A stretch of 64,000 bases of DNA from an uncultured Phycisphaerales bacterium. Lineage in GTDB: Bacteria; Planctomycetota; Phycisphaerae; Sedimentisphaerales; Anaerobacaceae. A program made the translations under genes and the position numbers. How positions within the stretch are numbered: the first letter of the stretch is position 1; each line of letters starts with the position of its first letter. Below the pieces are notes generated by a model. The model was not told the origin of the DNA and searched no databases. It was given only the letters and a program-made list of their open reading frames with translations. Positions 62,177-64,000 of the stretch are shown piece by piece. Location of the stretch: positions 192,001 to 256,000 of the forward strand of contig CAVYYI010000004.1 in assembly GCA_963772725.1 (NCBI GenBank), given 5' to 3'.

Positions 62177-63260
62177 TGTTATTTAGCCGTTTTTTTCTGC
62201 GGTTATATTTGAACCATGCGGCGCAGGCGCCTTCGGAACTGACCATACAGGGGCCGACAGGAGTTTGCGGAGTGCAGGCTTGCGCAAACAAATGGCATTG
62301 TGGCGGCTCAATCAGGCCGCATAGAACTTCACCGCATCGACAACCGGTTTTGTCTTCGTGCGGATTTTCGTCTATATTGAATCTTTTTACGGCATCGAAT
62401 TGTGAGTATTGTTCTCTGAGTTTAAGTGTGCTTTTCTCTATTTTTCCCAGTCCTCGCCAGTAACCATCGACCGGTTCGAAGCATTCATCTATAATTTTTT
62501 GTGCGATAAGATTTCCTTTGGGTGTTACCGCGGCATGATAAAGGGACGTTACCTCGGCGATACCCTGCTGCAACTGGCGACAGATTTCGGCGAGTCCTTC
62601 TATAATCTGCATAGGCTCGAAGCCCGCGACAACGCAGGGGCGTTTGAAATCATTTACAATTTCATTGAAACTATCGAACCCGATAATCACGCTGACGTGG
62701 CCTGGACAGAGGAAGGCGTCTATGTGGTTGGCTTTTCCGGAGAGCAGCGCACGCATGGCTGGAAGTACTATTTTATGGCCGGAAAGAATGCAAAAATTAT
62801 CTATATTTTCCTTTTTGGCTTGCTTCACGGCGACGGCTGTGGCGGGTGTGGTGGTTTCAAAACCTACCGCCGCAAAGATGACTGTTTTATGGGGATTGTC
62901 TTTAGCTAATTGGAGGGCGTCTTCGCTGCTGAGTACGACTTTGACATTTCCGCCGCTCTGCTTTGTCTCCAATGAGCCGGTTTTACCCTGTACACGCATC
63001 ATATCACCGTAGGTGGCGATGAGGCAGTCTTTGTTTTCAGCCAGTTCAAGGATGGCGTCGATGTAGCTTTGGTCGGTAACACATACGGGGCAGCCAGGCC
63101 CCGAGAGCAGTTTCAAACCGCTCGGCAGAGTTGACCTTATGCCGTTTCGGAAGATTGAGACGGTGTGTGTTCCGCAGACTTCCATAATATTTATCGGCCT
63201 GCCGATTTTTTTGCAGGCGGAATCCATAAGATGCTGAGCTTTAATAATTCTATTAAGCAT
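62166..63260 (-). CDS. hypD: Hydrogenase maturation protein HypD
   Basis: MEVCGTHT, GPGCPVC, GFETT and GPCMVSSEGACAA motifs. Confidence 0.96.
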   Translation of the reverse strand: MLNRIIKAQHLMDSACKKIGRPINIMEVCGTHTVSIFRNGIRSTLPSGLKLLSGPGCPVCVTDQSYIDAILELAENKDCLIATYGDMMRVQGKTGSLETKQSGGNVKVVLSSEDALQLAKDNPHKTVIFAAVGFETTTPATAVAVKQAKKENIDNFCILSGHKIVLPAMRALLSGKANHIDAFLCPGHVSVIIGFDSFNEIVNDFKRPCVVAGFEPMQIIEGLAEICRQLQQGIAEVTSLYHAAVTPKGNLIAQKIIDECFEPVDGYWRGLGKIEKSTLKLREQYSQFDAVKRFNIDENPHEDKTGCRCGEVLCGLIEPPQCHLFAQACTPQTPVGPCMVSSEGACAAWFKYNRRKKRLNNNET

Positions 63261-63270
63261 ATTGATGAGT

Positions 63271-63513
63271 TTATCCTGAAATTTTGTTGGGAGTATCGTC
63301 GAATTCGTCGATTTCTTCGATTAAATGCCATGTCTTTTTTGCTTCTTCTTCGTCAACCATCGCGATAGCGAAGCCTGCGTGGACGAGAACCAAATCGCCC
63401 AGCTTGAGATTTTCAAGCAGGGTAGTTTTTGCGTGAAAGCGATTGCCCATAGCGTCAACAATCGCGTTGTCACCGCTTAATTCAATTATCCTTGCTGGTA
63501 TAGCTAAACACAT
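63271..63513 (-). CDS. hypC: Hydrogenase assembly chaperone HypC
   Basis: MCLAIP..LVHAGFAI. Confidence 0.96.
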   Translation of the reverse strand: MCLAIPARIIELSGDNAIVDAMGNRFHAKTTLLENLKLGDLVLVHAGFAIAMVDEEEAKKTWHLIEEIDEFDDTPNKISG

Positions 63514-63519
63514 AATTCG

Positions 63520-63912
63520 TTACTCGTTATCCGTTTCTCGCTGCTCGTTATTCGCGGGTTGTATTTTATTGATTAAACTGGCGAGCATACGACTTTCGTG
63601 GTTTAAATTTTCCACCAATTCTTCCATTTGTCCTTTTGCAAGGTAATTTCTCTTATTGGCAATTATAATTTGTGTTTCTAATTCGGCACAAGACCCCAAT
63701 GATATATACAAAAATTGCTTATATTCCTTAATGTGACTCCTGGCAAAACCTTCTGCAATGTTAGATGCAATAGATACACATGCCCGTCTCATTTGACTGG
63801 TCAACCCATATAATTCTGACGTAGGAAACTTATCGGTAGCCATATATATTTTTTCTGCTATCTCAATCCCTTTTTGCCAAACTTTCAAATCTTTATAATC
63901 TTTTACTTTCAT
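63520..63912 (-). CDS. Four helix bundle protein (23S rRNA IVS-protein family)
   Basis: YKDLKVWQKG..FP..E.YGLTSQMRRA.VSIASNIAEG..GS.AELETQ. Confidence 0.92.
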   Translation of the reverse strand: MKVKDYKDLKVWQKGIEIAEKIYMATDKFPTSELYGLTSQMRRACVSIASNIAEGFARSHIKEYKQFLYISLGSCAELETQIIIANKRNYLAKGQMEELVENLNHESRMLASLINKIQPANNEQRETDNE

Positions 63913-63919
63913 AATTCTT

Positions 63920-64000
63920 TCAACGAGCGACCGGCGACGAGTAGCGAGCGACGATATTTGCCGCAATTGCGGCCTGACCTAAAGCTATTCCGGCGTCGTT
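63920..64000 (-). CDS. hypF: Carbamoyltransferase HypF, C-terminal end (partial)
   Basis: Translates to NDAGIALGQAAIAANIVARYSSPVAR*, matching the HypF terminal NDGGIxLGQ motif; lies upstream of hypC. Confidence 0.85.
   Translation of the reverse strand, partial: NDAGIALGQAAIAANIVARYSSPVAR

Noticed and set aside
63520..63912. Diversity-generating retroelement (Avd-like gene)
   Set aside because: No reverse transcriptase and no TR/VR pair were seen in the window.

Overview
Bacterial chromosome segment. The gene content (H-X9-DG prepilin-type protein, S55 peptidase plus beta-propeller pair, TPR-rich exported proteins) suggests an anaerobic planctomycete; this is inference. Bases 1-10278 are the end of an accessory or integrative island. 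It carries a GHKL ATPase, an HExxH metalloprotease, an archaeal-looking tyrosine integrase with a TATA-like promoter, a fluoride riboswitch ahead of a CPA2 antiporter, an AbiEi/AbiEii toxin-antitoxin pair and a truncated nuclease-domain gene. An IS66 with no target duplication closes the island. The rest is mostly core genome (recJ, ilvC, rnpB, nadB, pcm, recG, rluD, pheT, argG, hypFCDEAB). It is interrupted by a BsuBI/PstI-type restriction-modification system, an IS66 nested inside an IS5, and a HEPN/MNT pair. The most striking unexplained locus is a four-gene exported operon at 45100-51448: a TPR protein, a ~58-cysteine repeat protein with a papain-like C-terminus, a putative immunity protein and a DsbA-Ig fusion. 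Degenerate 7- and 9-nt periodic repeats also bracket several genes in inverted orientation. Many conserved genes carry isolated small indels, which most likely reflect sequencing error rather than real pseudogenes.
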